From Gammaproteobacteria bacterium (GTDB lineage: Bacteria > Pseudomonadota > Gammaproteobacteria > Burkholderiales > Rhodocyclaceae), in NCBI GenBank assembly GCA_018825305.1, contig JAHJEO010000003.1, positions 53,931 to 117,930 of the forward strand: a stretch of DNA of 64,000 nt, given 5' to 3'. A program made the position numbers and the translations under genes. This document shows, piece by piece, positions 12,683-21,230 of the stretch. The notes under the pieces are model-generated. The model was not told the origin of the DNA and did no database searches. It was given only the letters and a program-made list of their open reading frames with translations. Positions within the stretch are counted from its first letter, which is position 1. Every line of letters starts with the position of its first letter.

Positions 12683-13381
12683 TCATGGTCGCAGGCCGGC
12701 GATCCATCTGGTGTAGATCCGATCCGCCGCCGCGCGCATGGCGGCGATGCGCGTGTCGATGCGCTCGAACATCTGCTCCGGTGTCTGCACCGAGGGGCTG
12801 GGCGCGGCATTTTCCTTGTCCCATACGCGGCACCAGAGGCGGATCATCGCCGCGGTCATCTCGACGTGGCACTGCATGCCGAGATGGGGGCCGATGGCGA
12901 AGGCCTGATTGTCGCAGTGCGCGCTTTTCAGGATGCGCGTTGCACCGGGCGGAACGCTGAAAGTCTCGCCGTGCCAGTGGAAGGCTTCGAAGCGTTCGAT
13001 GTCGCCGAGCCAGTCCTGCGCCATGGGGTCGGTGCTCGTCACTTCACCCCAGCCGAGTTCTTTCACCGGATTCCTGCCGACCGTGCCGCCGAGCGCCTTG
13101 GCGATCAACTGGCCGCCGAGACAGTGGCCGATAACGGGAACATCAACCGCCACGGCCGCGCGAATCAGTGCGAAGGTCGGCGCCAACCAGGGCAGGTCGT
13201 CGTTCACGCTCATCGGTCCGCCCATGAAGCACAGGCCGGAGAATCCATCAAAAGTCGGCGGCGGCGGGACGCCGGCATCGACCGCGAAAAGCGTCCACGG
13301 AATCGAGTGCGCATCGAGGAAAGTGGCAAAATAGCCCGGACCCTCGCCGGAGTTGTGACGAAAGATCGCGACGGGTTTCAT
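12683..13381 (-). CDS. class I glutamine amidotransferase-like protein
   Basis: Nucleophile elbow PVIGHCLGGQLIAKALGG. ATG at 13381 (MKPVAIFRHNSGEGPG...); the TTG at 13408 is less likely. Confidence 0.8.
   Translation of the reverse strand: MKPVAIFRHNSGEGPGYFATFLDAHSIPWTLFAVDAGVPPPPTFDGFSGLCFMGGPMSVNDDLPWLAPTFALIRAAVAVDVPVIGHCLGGQLIAKALGGTVGRNPVKELGWGEVTSTDPMAQDWLGDIERFEAFHWHGETFSVPPGATRILKSAHCDNQAFAIGPHLGMQCHVEMTAAMIRLWCRVWDKENAAPSPSVQTPEQMFERIDTRIAAMRAAADRIYTRWIAGLRP
13250..13272 (+). repeat. 23-nt word, degenerate copy
   Basis: AAAAGTCGGCGgcGGCGGgACGc inside the GATase gene (antisense; encodes PPPPTF). Confidence 0.4.
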
Positions 13382-13401
13382 TGGTAGCGTGGAGTGCGAG
13401 A

Positions 13402-14010
13402 GTGGCAACGCCGGAATTCTATTCCTTGTCGGTGATCGAGTTGCGGCAGCGGCTGGCTTCGCCGGATCCGTTGCCGCACATCCGGGAATCGGGCGCCGCG
13501 GCCAACGGGGTGCTGACGGCAGCGGCGGTATTGGTGCCCATCATCAACCGTCCGAGCGGCCTCACCATCCTGTTGACGCAGCGTACCGCGCACTTGCGCG
13601 ACCATGCCGGCCAGGTCAGCTTTCCCGGCGGGCGTTGCGAGGCGGGCGACGCTGATCCGGTGGCCACGGCGCTGCGCGAGGCGGAGGAAGAAGTCGGCGT
13701 GCTGCCGGCGCAGGTCGAGGTGCTCGGCCGGCTGCCGGAATACTTCACCAGCACGGGCTTCCGCGTCACGCCGGTGGTCGGACTGGTGACCCCGCCGCTT
13801 AACCTCAAACTCGACGATTTCGAGGTGGCCGAGGTGTTCGAGCCGCCGTTGTCCTTCCTGCTCGACCCGGCCAACCATCAGCGCCAGCAGGTCGAGTGGC
13901 AGGGGGCGCTGCGCGAGTTCTGGGCAATGCCTTGGCAGGGCTATTACATTTGGGGCGCGACCGCCGGCATGCTGGTGAGCCTGCATGCCGCGCTGACCAC
14001 AGAGCAATGA
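13402..14010 (+). CDS. nudL: CoA pyrophosphatase (Nudix hydrolase, NudL-like)
   Basis: Nudix box GQVSFPGGRCEAGDADPVATALREAEEEVG. The start is uncertain (TTG 13381, GTG 13402 or GTG 13432); 13402 was chosen by N-terminal similarity to E. coli NudL. Confidence 0.75.
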   Translation: MATPEFYSLSVIELRQRLASPDPLPHIRESGAAANGVLTAAAVLVPIINRPSGLTILLTQRTAHLRDHAGQVSFPGGRCEAGDADPVATALREAEEEVGVLPAQVEVLGRLPEYFTSTGFRVTPVVGLVTPPLNLKLDDFEVAEVFEPPLSFLLDPANHQRQQVEWQGALREFWAMPWQGYYIWGATAGMLVSLHAALTTEQ

Positions 14011-14077
14011 ATGCTGCGCTGCACAATAATCGCTCGAATGTGATATCTTTCGACAGTCGCAGCTGGACGCCAATCCC

Positions 14078-15013
14078 ATGAGCCTTTTCAGCATCATCTT
14101 CGCGTTGGCCATCGAACAGGTGAAACCCCTGTCGGGCGCGCGCGTCGATGCGCTGCTCGCTGCCTACGGCCGCCAGCTGGAGGCATGGTTCAACGCCGGC
14201 GAGCGCCACCACGGCGTCGCCGCATGGTGTGTGGGCGTGGGCGTGCCGACCGCCATCGTGCTGGGGCTGCATGTTGCGCTGGCGCACTTCGCCCCGCCGC
14301 TGGTGCTGGCGCTCAGTGTCGGTGTGCTCTATCTCACCGTCGGCTTTCGCCAGTACAGCCATTTTTTCACCGACATCCACCTGGCCCTGCGCCTGGGTGA
14401 AATCGATCAAGCGCGCGCTCTGTTGGGCGAGTGGCGCGGCGTCAATTCCGACCGCCTGAGTCCGGGCGAGGTCGCGCGTCTGGCGATCGAACAGGCCTTG
14501 CTGCACTCGCACCGCCATGTTTTTGCACCGCTGTTCCTGTTCATGTTGTTCGGGCCGGCCGGCGCGGTGCTCTATCGCCTGTCGCTGGCGTTGTCCCGCC
14601 TCTGGGGTGAGGTCGCTGATGCCGGTGTGGCAGGCACGGCGGCGCCGAAGGAATTCGGACAGTTCGCGCGACAGGCCCAGGCCGTCGTCGACTGGCTGCC
14701 GCAGCGCGCCACCGCCACCGCCTTCGCCGTGGTCGGCGATTTCGAGGATGCCGTCTATTGCTGGCGCACCCAGTCCGAAGTGTGGCCCGACGCAGCGACC
14801 GGCATTCTGCTGGCCAGCGGTGCCGGCGCCCTCGGCGTGAGGCTGGGCATGCCGGTTCAGGCCGGAATGGATGGCGACGACCGTCCGATACTCGGCACCG
14901 GCGACGACGCCGATGTCGATTTCATGCAGAGCACCATCGGCCTGGTTTGGCGAACCCTTGTCCTGGGCATATTGCTGCTTGCCCTGTTCTGGGTGGCCAG
15001 CTGGGTCGGTTGA
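14078..15013 (+). CDS. CobD/CbiB-family (AmpE-like) membrane protein
   Basis: 311-aa polytopic protein whose N-terminus (MSLFSIIFALAIEQVKPL) is typical of the family. No other cobalamin genes are nearby. Confidence 0.6.
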   Translation: MSLFSIIFALAIEQVKPLSGARVDALLAAYGRQLEAWFNAGERHHGVAAWCVGVGVPTAIVLGLHVALAHFAPPLVLALSVGVLYLTVGFRQYSHFFTDIHLALRLGEIDQARALLGEWRGVNSDRLSPGEVARLAIEQALLHSHRHVFAPLFLFMLFGPAGAVLYRLSLALSRLWGEVADAGVAGTAAPKEFGQFARQAQAVVDWLPQRATATAFAVVGDFEDAVYCWRTQSEVWPDAATGILLASGAGALGVRLGMPVQAGMDGDDRPILGTGDDADVDFMQSTIGLVWRTLVLGILLLALFWVASWVG

Positions 15014-15095
15014 CGTGGCTGCCGGCGGCCGCGTGATCCGAGGCCGCCCGCAGCGGAGCACCATTTTTTGGATTTTCAAATAACAGGAGAAGAAA

Positions 15096-16283
15096 ATGGC
15101 TGACAAGAGGGAAGTGGTTGCATTGAGTGCCGTGCGCAGCGCGGTGGGTGCCTTTGGCGGTTCACTGAAGGATATTGAGCCGGCCGAGCTTGGCGGCCTG
15201 GTCATCAAGGAGGCGATCGCCCGCGCCGGCGTCGATCCAGCCGCGGTGACATTCGCCACCGTCGGCAATTGCATTCCGACCGAAGTGCGTTACCCCTACG
15301 TTTCGCGCGTCGCCGCCATCCAGGGCGGCATGTCGATGGACTCGACGGTGTTCGCCGTCAACCGCCTGTGCGGCTCGGCCCAGCAGGCCATAGTCAGCTC
15401 GGCGCAGGCCATCATGCTTGGCGATGCCGACTTCGCCATCGGCGGCGGCGTTGAAGTCATGTCGCGCGGCGCCTACCTGCTGCCGGCGCTGCGTTCCGGC
15501 GCGCGCATGGGCGACACTCAGGCGATCGATGCCATGGTCGCCGCGCTGACCGACCCCTTCGGCGTCGGCCACATGGGCATCACCGCCGAAAACCTGGCGA
15601 CCAAGTGGAACATCTCGCGCGAAGAACAGGACGCCTTCGCCCTCGAATCGCAACAGCGCGCGGCCAAGGCCCAGGCCGCAGGCTACTTCAAGTCGCAGAT
15701 CGCGCCGATCACCATGAAGACCCGCAAGGGCGACGTCGTGTTCGACACCGACGAGCACCTCAAGCCCGCGACCACCATGGAAACTCTGGCCAAGATGCGT
15801 CCGGCCTTCAAGAAGGACGGCACGGTCACCGCCGGCAACGCCTCCGGCATCAATGACGCCGCCGCCTTCCTGGTGCTGGCCGACGCCGCCAAGGCTGCCG
15901 CCGCCGGCCACAAGCCGATCGCCCGCCTGGTCGCCTACGGCATCGCCGGCGTGCCCAACGACGTGATGGGCGAGGGCCCGATTCCGTCGTCCAAGGTCGC
16001 CTTGCAAAAGGCCGGCCTGTCGCTGGACAAGATGGATGTCGTCGAATCCAACGAAGCCTTTGCCGCCCAATCGATCGCGGTGACCAAAGGCCTCGGCCTC
16101 GACCCGGTCAAGACCAACCCGAACGGCGGCGCCATCGCCATCGGCCACCCGGTCGGCGCGACCGGTTCGGTGATCGTGACCAAGCTGCTGCACGAGCTGA
16201 TTCGCGTCAATGGCCGCTACGGCATGGCCACCATGTGCATCGGCGGTGGCCAGGGCATTACCACCATCTGGGAAAGAACCTGA
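15096..16283 (+). CDS. acetyl-CoA C-acetyltransferase (thiolase II)
   Basis: Thiolase motifs VNRLCGSAQQAI, NASGINDAAA and NPNGGAIAIGHPVGATG, with C-terminal CIGGGQG. Confidence 0.92.
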   Translation: MADKREVVALSAVRSAVGAFGGSLKDIEPAELGGLVIKEAIARAGVDPAAVTFATVGNCIPTEVRYPYVSRVAAIQGGMSMDSTVFAVNRLCGSAQQAIVSSAQAIMLGDADFAIGGGVEVMSRGAYLLPALRSGARMGDTQAIDAMVAALTDPFGVGHMGITAENLATKWNISREEQDAFALESQQRAAKAQAAGYFKSQIAPITMKTRKGDVVFDTDEHLKPATTMETLAKMRPAFKKDGTVTAGNASGINDAAAFLVLADAAKAAAAGHKPIARLVAYGIAGVPNDVMGEGPIPSSKVALQKAGLSLDKMDVVESNEAFAAQSIAVTKGLGLDPVKTNPNGGAIAIGHPVGATGSVIVTKLLHELIRVNGRYGMATMCIGGGQGITTIWERT

Positions 16284-16305
16284 GCGTTGGGTAACCACAA
16301 AGAAT

Positions 16306-16334
16306 GCGGCCCCTTGCGGGCCGTTTCTTTTTTT
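16306..16334 (+). terminator. rho-independent terminator after the thiolase gene
   Basis: CGGCCC-cttgc-GGGCCG followed by TTTCTTTTTTT. Confidence 0.8.
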
Positions 16335-16435
16335 GAAGCGTCAACCTGGCAGCGACAGGGGCGTTTTATGCCATAACCCAGCAACGGGTTGATTCACGGC
16401 GTAGCAAAACCAACCTCTTTCGCAAGGATAGACAA

Positions 16436-16669
16436 ATGAACAAGCTCATGACCGCGCTCCTGACTTCCGTTTTTGCAATGGCCGTCAGTTTCAATGCTGC
16501 CGCAGCATCTCCGGCTGCCGCCGCTGCTCCCGCGGCTGCACCGGCCGCCGCCGCGGCTCCTGCTCCTGCTGCTGCGCCTGCCGAAGCGGCCAAGCCCGCT
16601 GAAGCCGCCAAGCCGATGAAGAAAGCCAAGAAAGCCAAGAAGGCCAAGAAGGCGGCTGCGGCTGGCTAA
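16436..16669 (+). CDS. secreted Ala/Pro/Lys-rich low-complexity mini-protein (77 aa)
   Basis: Signal peptide MNKLMTALLTSVFAMAVSFNAAAA, then (A/P)n, AEAAKP x2 and KKAKKAKKAKKAAAAG. It is a monocistronic unit flanked by strong terminators. Confidence 0.55.
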   Translation: MNKLMTALLTSVFAMAVSFNAAAASPAAAAAPAAAPAAAAAPAPAAAPAEAAKPAEAAKPMKKAKKAKKAKKAAAAG

Positions 16670-16700
16670 TCCAGGCAGTTCCGGGGACAACGTCCCCACC

Positions 16701-16733
16701 AAAAAATGCAGGGATGTCCCCTGCATTTTTTTC
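16701..16733. terminator. bidirectional terminator
   Basis: A6-ATGCAGGG-loop-CCCTGCAT-T7. It serves the mini-protein gene (+) and the end of the minus-strand operon. Confidence 0.75.
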
Positions 16734-16788
16734 GTCTGCCGAGCGGGTTCGGTGGCGGCTCGGCCGTTCCTTCTGCGGCACAGCCGGG

Positions 16789-17874
16789 CTAGGTTCCGAG
16801 CTTTTGCGCGAGAATGGCGGCTGCGGCGGCAACGCCATCGACAGCCGGACGCGGCGGGACTGGTGCGGCGATGACCGTCGCCAGCGCATCGGCGAACTGG
16901 CCGCCTGCGACCTGCTCTTGACCGATCTCGGCACAGCGCGCATTGGCGTGCAGCCATTGGATCAGGCAGTCCTGTTCGGGCCAGTCGTCGCGACGTTGGT
17001 AGAGCACCGCCGTGCCGTTGGCAGCCGCTTCTGCGAACGTGCCGTAGCCTGGCTTGGTGAGGACTGCGTCGGCCGAGCGCAGCAGGTCGGCAAAGGGCCA
17101 GCCAAACGTTTCGAGACTGCTTATGTCGGGACGTCGGACGTTCCATGCAGCGGGCACCAGCCAGTGGGTATTCGCCAGCACCGGCCAGGATTCGACCGGC
17201 AGTCGCGTCGGGATGCCGCCAAGCGCCGCCAGCACGATGCGAGCCGTGGCGCCGGCGCCAAGTCTTTCCCTGAGGTCGACACGGCGCTCGCAACCAATGC
17301 CGGCAATTGGGCCGATGGTCAGGACATTGTCCAGCGAAGTCATGGGCATGCCGGGCGTGGTGCGCAGGAAGGTCGCCGAACGATAGGCGGCGAGCATTTC
17401 GGCATGGATGGCAGCGGCCCACTGTTCGCTGCCGAAATAGTGCAGGAACAGGTCGGCCCAGTTGAGCGAGCACATCGCCACTGCGGGAATTCCGATGCGG
17501 CTGGCGCCCGCTAGCGGCACATAGGAAACGTTGGTGAAGACCGCATCGACCCCCAATTCTCGGAGCAGGCGTGCGTCGCGCTCGACCTGCACGGAAAAGT
17601 CGGCGCTGGCGGCACGGTAAGCTGCAGCGGTGGCGGCATGGTCAATGCGCATGGCATCGTGCATGACGTAGCCGAAGTCACTGGCGGCAGCGATCAGGCC
17701 GAAGGCGGGAACGATGCGTTGCCTCAGCCGCTCCGCCGGCAGGCCGCTGCGCAAGGTGAGCCGCAGTCCCGGCAGCAGTTCGGCCAGGCAATTGAGCACC
17801 GGCGCCGTCTGCGCCAGGTGGCCGAAGCCGTGCGAGGAGATGTCGACGAAAAGATGCGGCGGCGAGTGCGCCAT
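16789..17874 (-). CDS. putative GT-B fold glycosyltransferase (MurG/UDP-glycosyltransferase-like)
   Basis: 361 aa starting MAHSPPHLFVDISSHGFGHLAQ, with a C-terminal nucleotide-sugar-binding-like motif VLTKPGYGTFAEAAANGTAVLY. The start overlaps the rsgA stop (TGATG). The 493-aa ORF in the track is over-extended into rsgA. Confidence 0.6.
   Translation of the reverse strand: MAHSPPHLFVDISSHGFGHLAQTAPVLNCLAELLPGLRLTLRSGLPAERLRQRIVPAFGLIAAASDFGYVMHDAMRIDHAATAAAYRAASADFSVQVERDARLLRELGVDAVFTNVSYVPLAGASRIGIPAVAMCSLNWADLFLHYFGSEQWAAAIHAEMLAAYRSATFLRTTPGMPMTSLDNVLTIGPIAGIGCERRVDLRERLGAGATARIVLAALGGIPTRLPVESWPVLANTHWLVPAAWNVRRPDISSLETFGWPFADLLRSADAVLTKPGYGTFAEAAANGTAVLYQRRDDWPEQDCLIQWLHANARCAEIGQEQVAGGQFADALATVIAAPVPPRPAVDGVAAAAAILAQKLGT
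17595..17617 (+). repeat. 23-nt word AAAAGTCGGCGCTGGCGGCACGG, canonical copy
   Basis: Exact consensus inside the glycosyltransferase gene. The coding strand reads RAASADF. Confidence 0.9.
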
Positions 17875-18734
17875 CAATGCGCCGTGATGGCGAGGAAATG
17901 GGCGTAGCGGCGCGGGTCGACCTGCCCTCCGGCGACGCCCTGCTTGACGGCGCAATCCGGCTCGTTGCGGTGGCGGCAGTCGCGGAAGCGGCAGCCGGCG
18001 ACCAGCGGGCGGAACTCCGGAAAGCCATCCTCGATTTCGCCGAAACTCAGGTGGGCGAGGCCGAATTCCTGCAGGCCGGGCGAGTCGATCAGACCGCTTT
18101 GCTTGTCGAGCCGGTAGAGGCGGGCATGGGTGGTGGTGTGCTTGCCCGAGTCGAGCGCCGTCGATATCTCGCGCGTGGCGGCTGCTGCCCCCGGAATCAG
18201 CGCGTTGGTGATGGTCGACTTGCCCATGCCGCTTTGACCGACCAGCACTGACAGCTGGCCGGCGAGCCATGGCAGCAGCGGTGTCACATCCCGGTGGGCG
18301 CTGAGTTCCACCACCGGCAGTTTGAAGCTGTCGAAGGGGGCCAGCTGGGCGCGCGCCGCCGGCAGCCGCTCGGCCAGATCGGCCTTGTTGAGCGCGATCA
18401 CGACGCGCATGTGCTCATGCAACGCGGCGACCAGGGCACGAGAGATCAACTCGTCGGAAAATCCCGGCTCGGTGGCCACGACCAGGACCAGCTGAGTCGC
18501 GTTGGCCGCAATCAATTTCTGCTTCCAGGCGTCGCTGCGGTAGAGCAGTGAACTGCGCGGCAGGTGCGTGAGTATCTGCGCCTCGCTGTCGTGCAGCGGG
18601 CCGAGGCTGACGTGGTCGCCGCAGGCGAATGGGCTCTTCTTGCCGCGCGGTATGCCGTTGACGACGCGACCGTCGTCGAGGGTGACCTCGTAATGCCGCC
18701 CGAAGGCGGCGGTGATTGTGCCGCCCAGGCTCAA
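17874..18734 (-). CDS. rsgA: ribosome small-subunit-dependent GTPase A
   Basis: P-loop GQSGMGKSTITNAL and zinc knuckle CRFRDCRHRNEPDCAV. An apparent TTG start overlaps the phhB stop. Confidence 0.9.
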   Translation of the reverse strand: MSLGGTITAAFGRHYEVTLDDGRVVNGIPRGKKSPFACGDHVSLGPLHDSEAQILTHLPRSSLLYRSDAWKQKLIAANATQLVLVVATEPGFSDELISRALVAALHEHMRVVIALNKADLAERLPAARAQLAPFDSFKLPVVELSAHRDVTPLLPWLAGQLSVLVGQSGMGKSTITNALIPGAAAATREISTALDSGKHTTTHARLYRLDKQSGLIDSPGLQEFGLAHLSFGEIEDGFPEFRPLVAGCRFRDCRHRNEPDCAVKQGVAGGQVDPRRYAHFLAITAH

Positions 18735-19024
18735 AGGTCGAACAGCGCGTCGACGCGGGCGGCGCAGTCGAAGTCCCGAGTCGAGAGGCCACCGGCGTCG
18801 TGCGTGGTGTAGGCGACGCTGCAGCTGTTGTAGCCGACTTCGAGGTCGGGGTGATGGTCGCTGCGGTGGCTGATCCAGGCCAGCGCGTTCACGAAGGCCA
18901 TGGTTTCGTGGAAGTTGGCGAAGCGGTAGATCTTGACGATGCGCGAGGCATCGCGCGCCCAGCCGTCGAGCGCGGCCAGACGGCTGGCGATTTCGTTATC
19001 GTGCATTGCGTTCAGCGCCGGCAT
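18731..19024 (-). CDS. phhB: pterin-4-alpha-carbinolamine dehydratase
   Basis: 97 aa with FANFHETMAFVNALAWISHRSDHHPDLEVGYNSCSVAYTTHD, the PCD signature. Confidence 0.9.
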   Translation of the reverse strand: MPALNAMHDNEIASRLAALDGWARDASRIVKIYRFANFHETMAFVNALAWISHRSDHHPDLEVGYNSCSVAYTTHDAGGLSTRDFDCAARVDALFDL

Positions 19025-19033
19025 GTCGATTGT

Positions 19034-19351
19034 TCACTTGAACTTGTAATACTGCTGGGCGAGGTAGGCCGCGACATTGGCTTCGTCTTCGGGGAAGAAC
19101 TTCGAGCCGGTCTGCGCACTGCAGGCCGCGACACGCTGGCGCAGCGCGGTGGCGTCCTTGATCTTGCGATCGGCACGGGTATAGACGGCGCTGCCATCGC
19201 CGCCCCATCGCTGCACATGGCAGGCGAGGCATTGCTTGTCATGGAGGGCCTTGCCCGCCTTGGCGTCGATTTTCTCGGAGGCGAAAACCGTCCCGGAACT
19301 TGCGGCGGCGATGGTGGAGAGGGCGGCAATGGCAGTGAGGATCAGGCGCAT
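19034..19351 (-). CDS. small secreted c-type cytochrome
   Basis: Signal peptide plus a single CLACH heme-binding motif; 105 aa. Confidence 0.7.
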   Translation of the reverse strand: MRLILTAIAALSTIAAASSGTVFASEKIDAKAGKALHDKQCLACHVQRWGGDGSAVYTRADRKIKDATALRQRVAACSAQTGSKFFPEDEANVAAYLAQQYYKFK

Positions 19352-19363
19352 GGGGTTCTCCTT

Positions 19364-20608
19364 TCAGGCGGACTTCAGGTGGGCGATGCGCTGGCTGGCG
19401 GGCGGGTGCGAGTCGTAGAAAAGCGAATGCAGCGGGTCCGGCGTCAGCGTGGCGGCGTTGTCGCGATAGAGCTTGACCAGCGCGCTGATGAGATCGCCGC
19501 TACCGGCCTGCTGCGAGGCGTAGGCATCGGCCTCGAATTCGTGGCGCCGCGACAGCCACGACATCAGTGGTGCGACGGGAAAAGTGAATACCGGCAGCAA
19601 CAGCGAGAACAGGATCAGTGCCATCGCCGTCCCGCCAGCGCCGACATTTACTCCGGCGTAGAACCAGGGTTGGTCGATGAGCTGGCCGAGCAGCCAGAGG
19701 AAAGCCAGCGACAGCGCGGCCATCATGGCGATGCGCTTCCAGACGTGGCGATGCTTGAAGTGGCCGAGTTCGTGGGCCAGCACCGCTTCGACCTCTGCCG
19801 GGGCGAGTTTTTCAAGCAGGGTGTCGAAGAAGACGATGCGCTTGGCCCGGCCGAAGCCGGTGAAGTAGGCATTGCCGTGGGCCGAACGCTTCGAGCCGTC
19901 CATCACGAACAGCCCTGAGCTGGCGAAGCCGCAGCGCGCCAGCAGCGCTTCGATGCGGCTCTTCATTTCGCCGTCGGCGAGCGGCGAGAACTTGTTGAAC
20001 AGCGGTGCGATTAAGGTCGGGTAGAGCAGCAGCACCAGCAGATTGAAGCCCAGCCATGTCGTCCAGACGTAGAGCCACCACCGCGAACCCATCGCGCCCA
20101 TCAGCCACAGCACGGCCAGCAGCAGGGGGGCGCCGATCAGCACGGTGAGCAGCACTTGCTTCAGCAGGTCGCCGAGATAGAGCGCCGGCGTCATCTTGTT
20201 GAAGCCGAAGCGCGCTTCAAGCGAGAACGTCCGATAGAGCGAAAACGGCAGGCCGACCAGGAAGCCGGCAATGCCGACGCTGGCGAACAGGGCCAGGCCG
20301 TGGGCGTAGCCGGCAGCGTCGAACATGCCGCGCCAGAGCTGGTCGAAGGCCGTAAGCAGGCCGCCGAAGGTGAAGGCGAGCAGCAAGGCCGCATCGACGA
20401 CGAGTTCGACCAGGGCCAGCCGCGTCTTGGCGCTTGTGTAGTCGGCGGCCTTGCGGTGCTCATCAGGTGTGATGCGATCGGCGAACTCGGCCGGCACGGC
20501 ATCGCGGCGAACCTGGACATGGCGCAACTGCCGCAGCGCCAGCCAGGCGCGCAGCGCGGTGGTGAGGGCCAGCATCGACAGGAATATGAGGGAAAACGTG
20601 TGGGCCAC
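19364..20608 (-). CDS. M48-family (Ste24/HtpX-like) zinc metalloprotease
   Basis: HELGHFKHRH zinc motif and multiple TM helices. The start is set at GTG 20608, giving about 414 aa; the ORF extension to 20785 would overlap orn. Confidence 0.8.
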   Translation of the reverse strand: MAHTFSLIFLSMLALTTALRAWLALRQLRHVQVRRDAVPAEFADRITPDEHRKAADYTSAKTRLALVELVVDAALLLAFTFGGLLTAFDQLWRGMFDAAGYAHGLALFASVGIAGFLVGLPFSLYRTFSLEARFGFNKMTPALYLGDLLKQVLLTVLIGAPLLLAVLWLMGAMGSRWWLYVWTTWLGFNLLVLLLYPTLIAPLFNKFSPLADGEMKSRIEALLARCGFASSGLFVMDGSKRSAHGNAYFTGFGRAKRIVFFDTLLEKLAPAEVEAVLAHELGHFKHRHVWKRIAMMAALSLAFLWLLGQLIDQPWFYAGVNVGAGGTAMALILFSLLLPVFTFPVAPLMSWLSRRHEFEADAYASQQAGSGDLISALVKLYRDNAATLTPDPLHSLFYDSHPPASQRIAHLKSA

Positions 20609-20684
20609 GGTTCGGGAGATGGGGTGAAGTGTGCCAGAATGCAAGCTCCCGAATACGGCGCAGAGCCTGAAAGCACGAACGATT

Positions 20685-21230
20685 ATGGCACAAGACCAGA
20701 ACGCCCTCGCCTGGCTGGACATGGAAATGACCGGGCTCGATCCCGATGGCGATCGCATCATCGAACTGGCGATGGTGATCACCAATTCGCAACTGGAACT
20801 GATCGCCGAAAGCGCCGTATGGGTGGTGCATCAGCCCGATGCCAGACTCGACGCCATGGACGAGTGGAACCAGAAAACCCACGGCAAGTCGGGGCTGATC
20901 GCCAAGGTCAAGGCATCGGTGCTGACCGAAGATGAGGTCGAAGTGCAGGCACTCGATTTTCTCAAGCGCCATGTGCCGCAAGGCAAGTCGCCGATGTGCG
21001 GCAACTCGATCTGCCAGGACCGCCGCTTCATGGCGCGCTACATGCCGAAGCTGGAGGCCTACTTCCACTATCGCAACCTCGATGTCTCGACGCTCAAGGA
21101 GCTGTGCAAGCGCTGGGTGCCGGAAGTCGCCAAGGGCGTCAAGAAGGGCGGCAAGCACGAGGCGCTGGCTGACATCTACGAGTCGATCGAAGAGCTCAAG
21201 TACTACCGCGAGCACTTCCTGAAAGTCTAG
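20685..21230 (+). CDS. orn: oligoribonuclease
   Basis: [29 protein letters not shown]...[22 protein letters not shown], a DEDDh exonuclease of 181 aa. Confidence 0.95.
   Translation: MAQDQNALAWLDMEMTGLDPDGDRIIELAMVITNSQLELIAESAVWVVHQPDARLDAMDEWNQKTHGKSGLIAKVKASVLTEDEVEVQALDFLKRHVPQGKSPMCGNSICQDRRFMARYMPKLEAYFHYRNLDVSTLKELCKRWVPEVAKGVKKGGKHEALADIYESIEELKYYREHFLKV

Noticed and set aside
16490-16660. Periodic GCNGCN/AAGAAAGCC DNA repeats, and similar periodicity in fimV at about 41800-42300, considered as possible CRISPR-like or tandem-repeat arrays
   Set aside because: The periodicity is codon-level low-complexity coding (Ala/Pro/Lys runs and DFDLDLG acidic repeats). There are no repeat-spacer units of CRISPR size and no cas genes.
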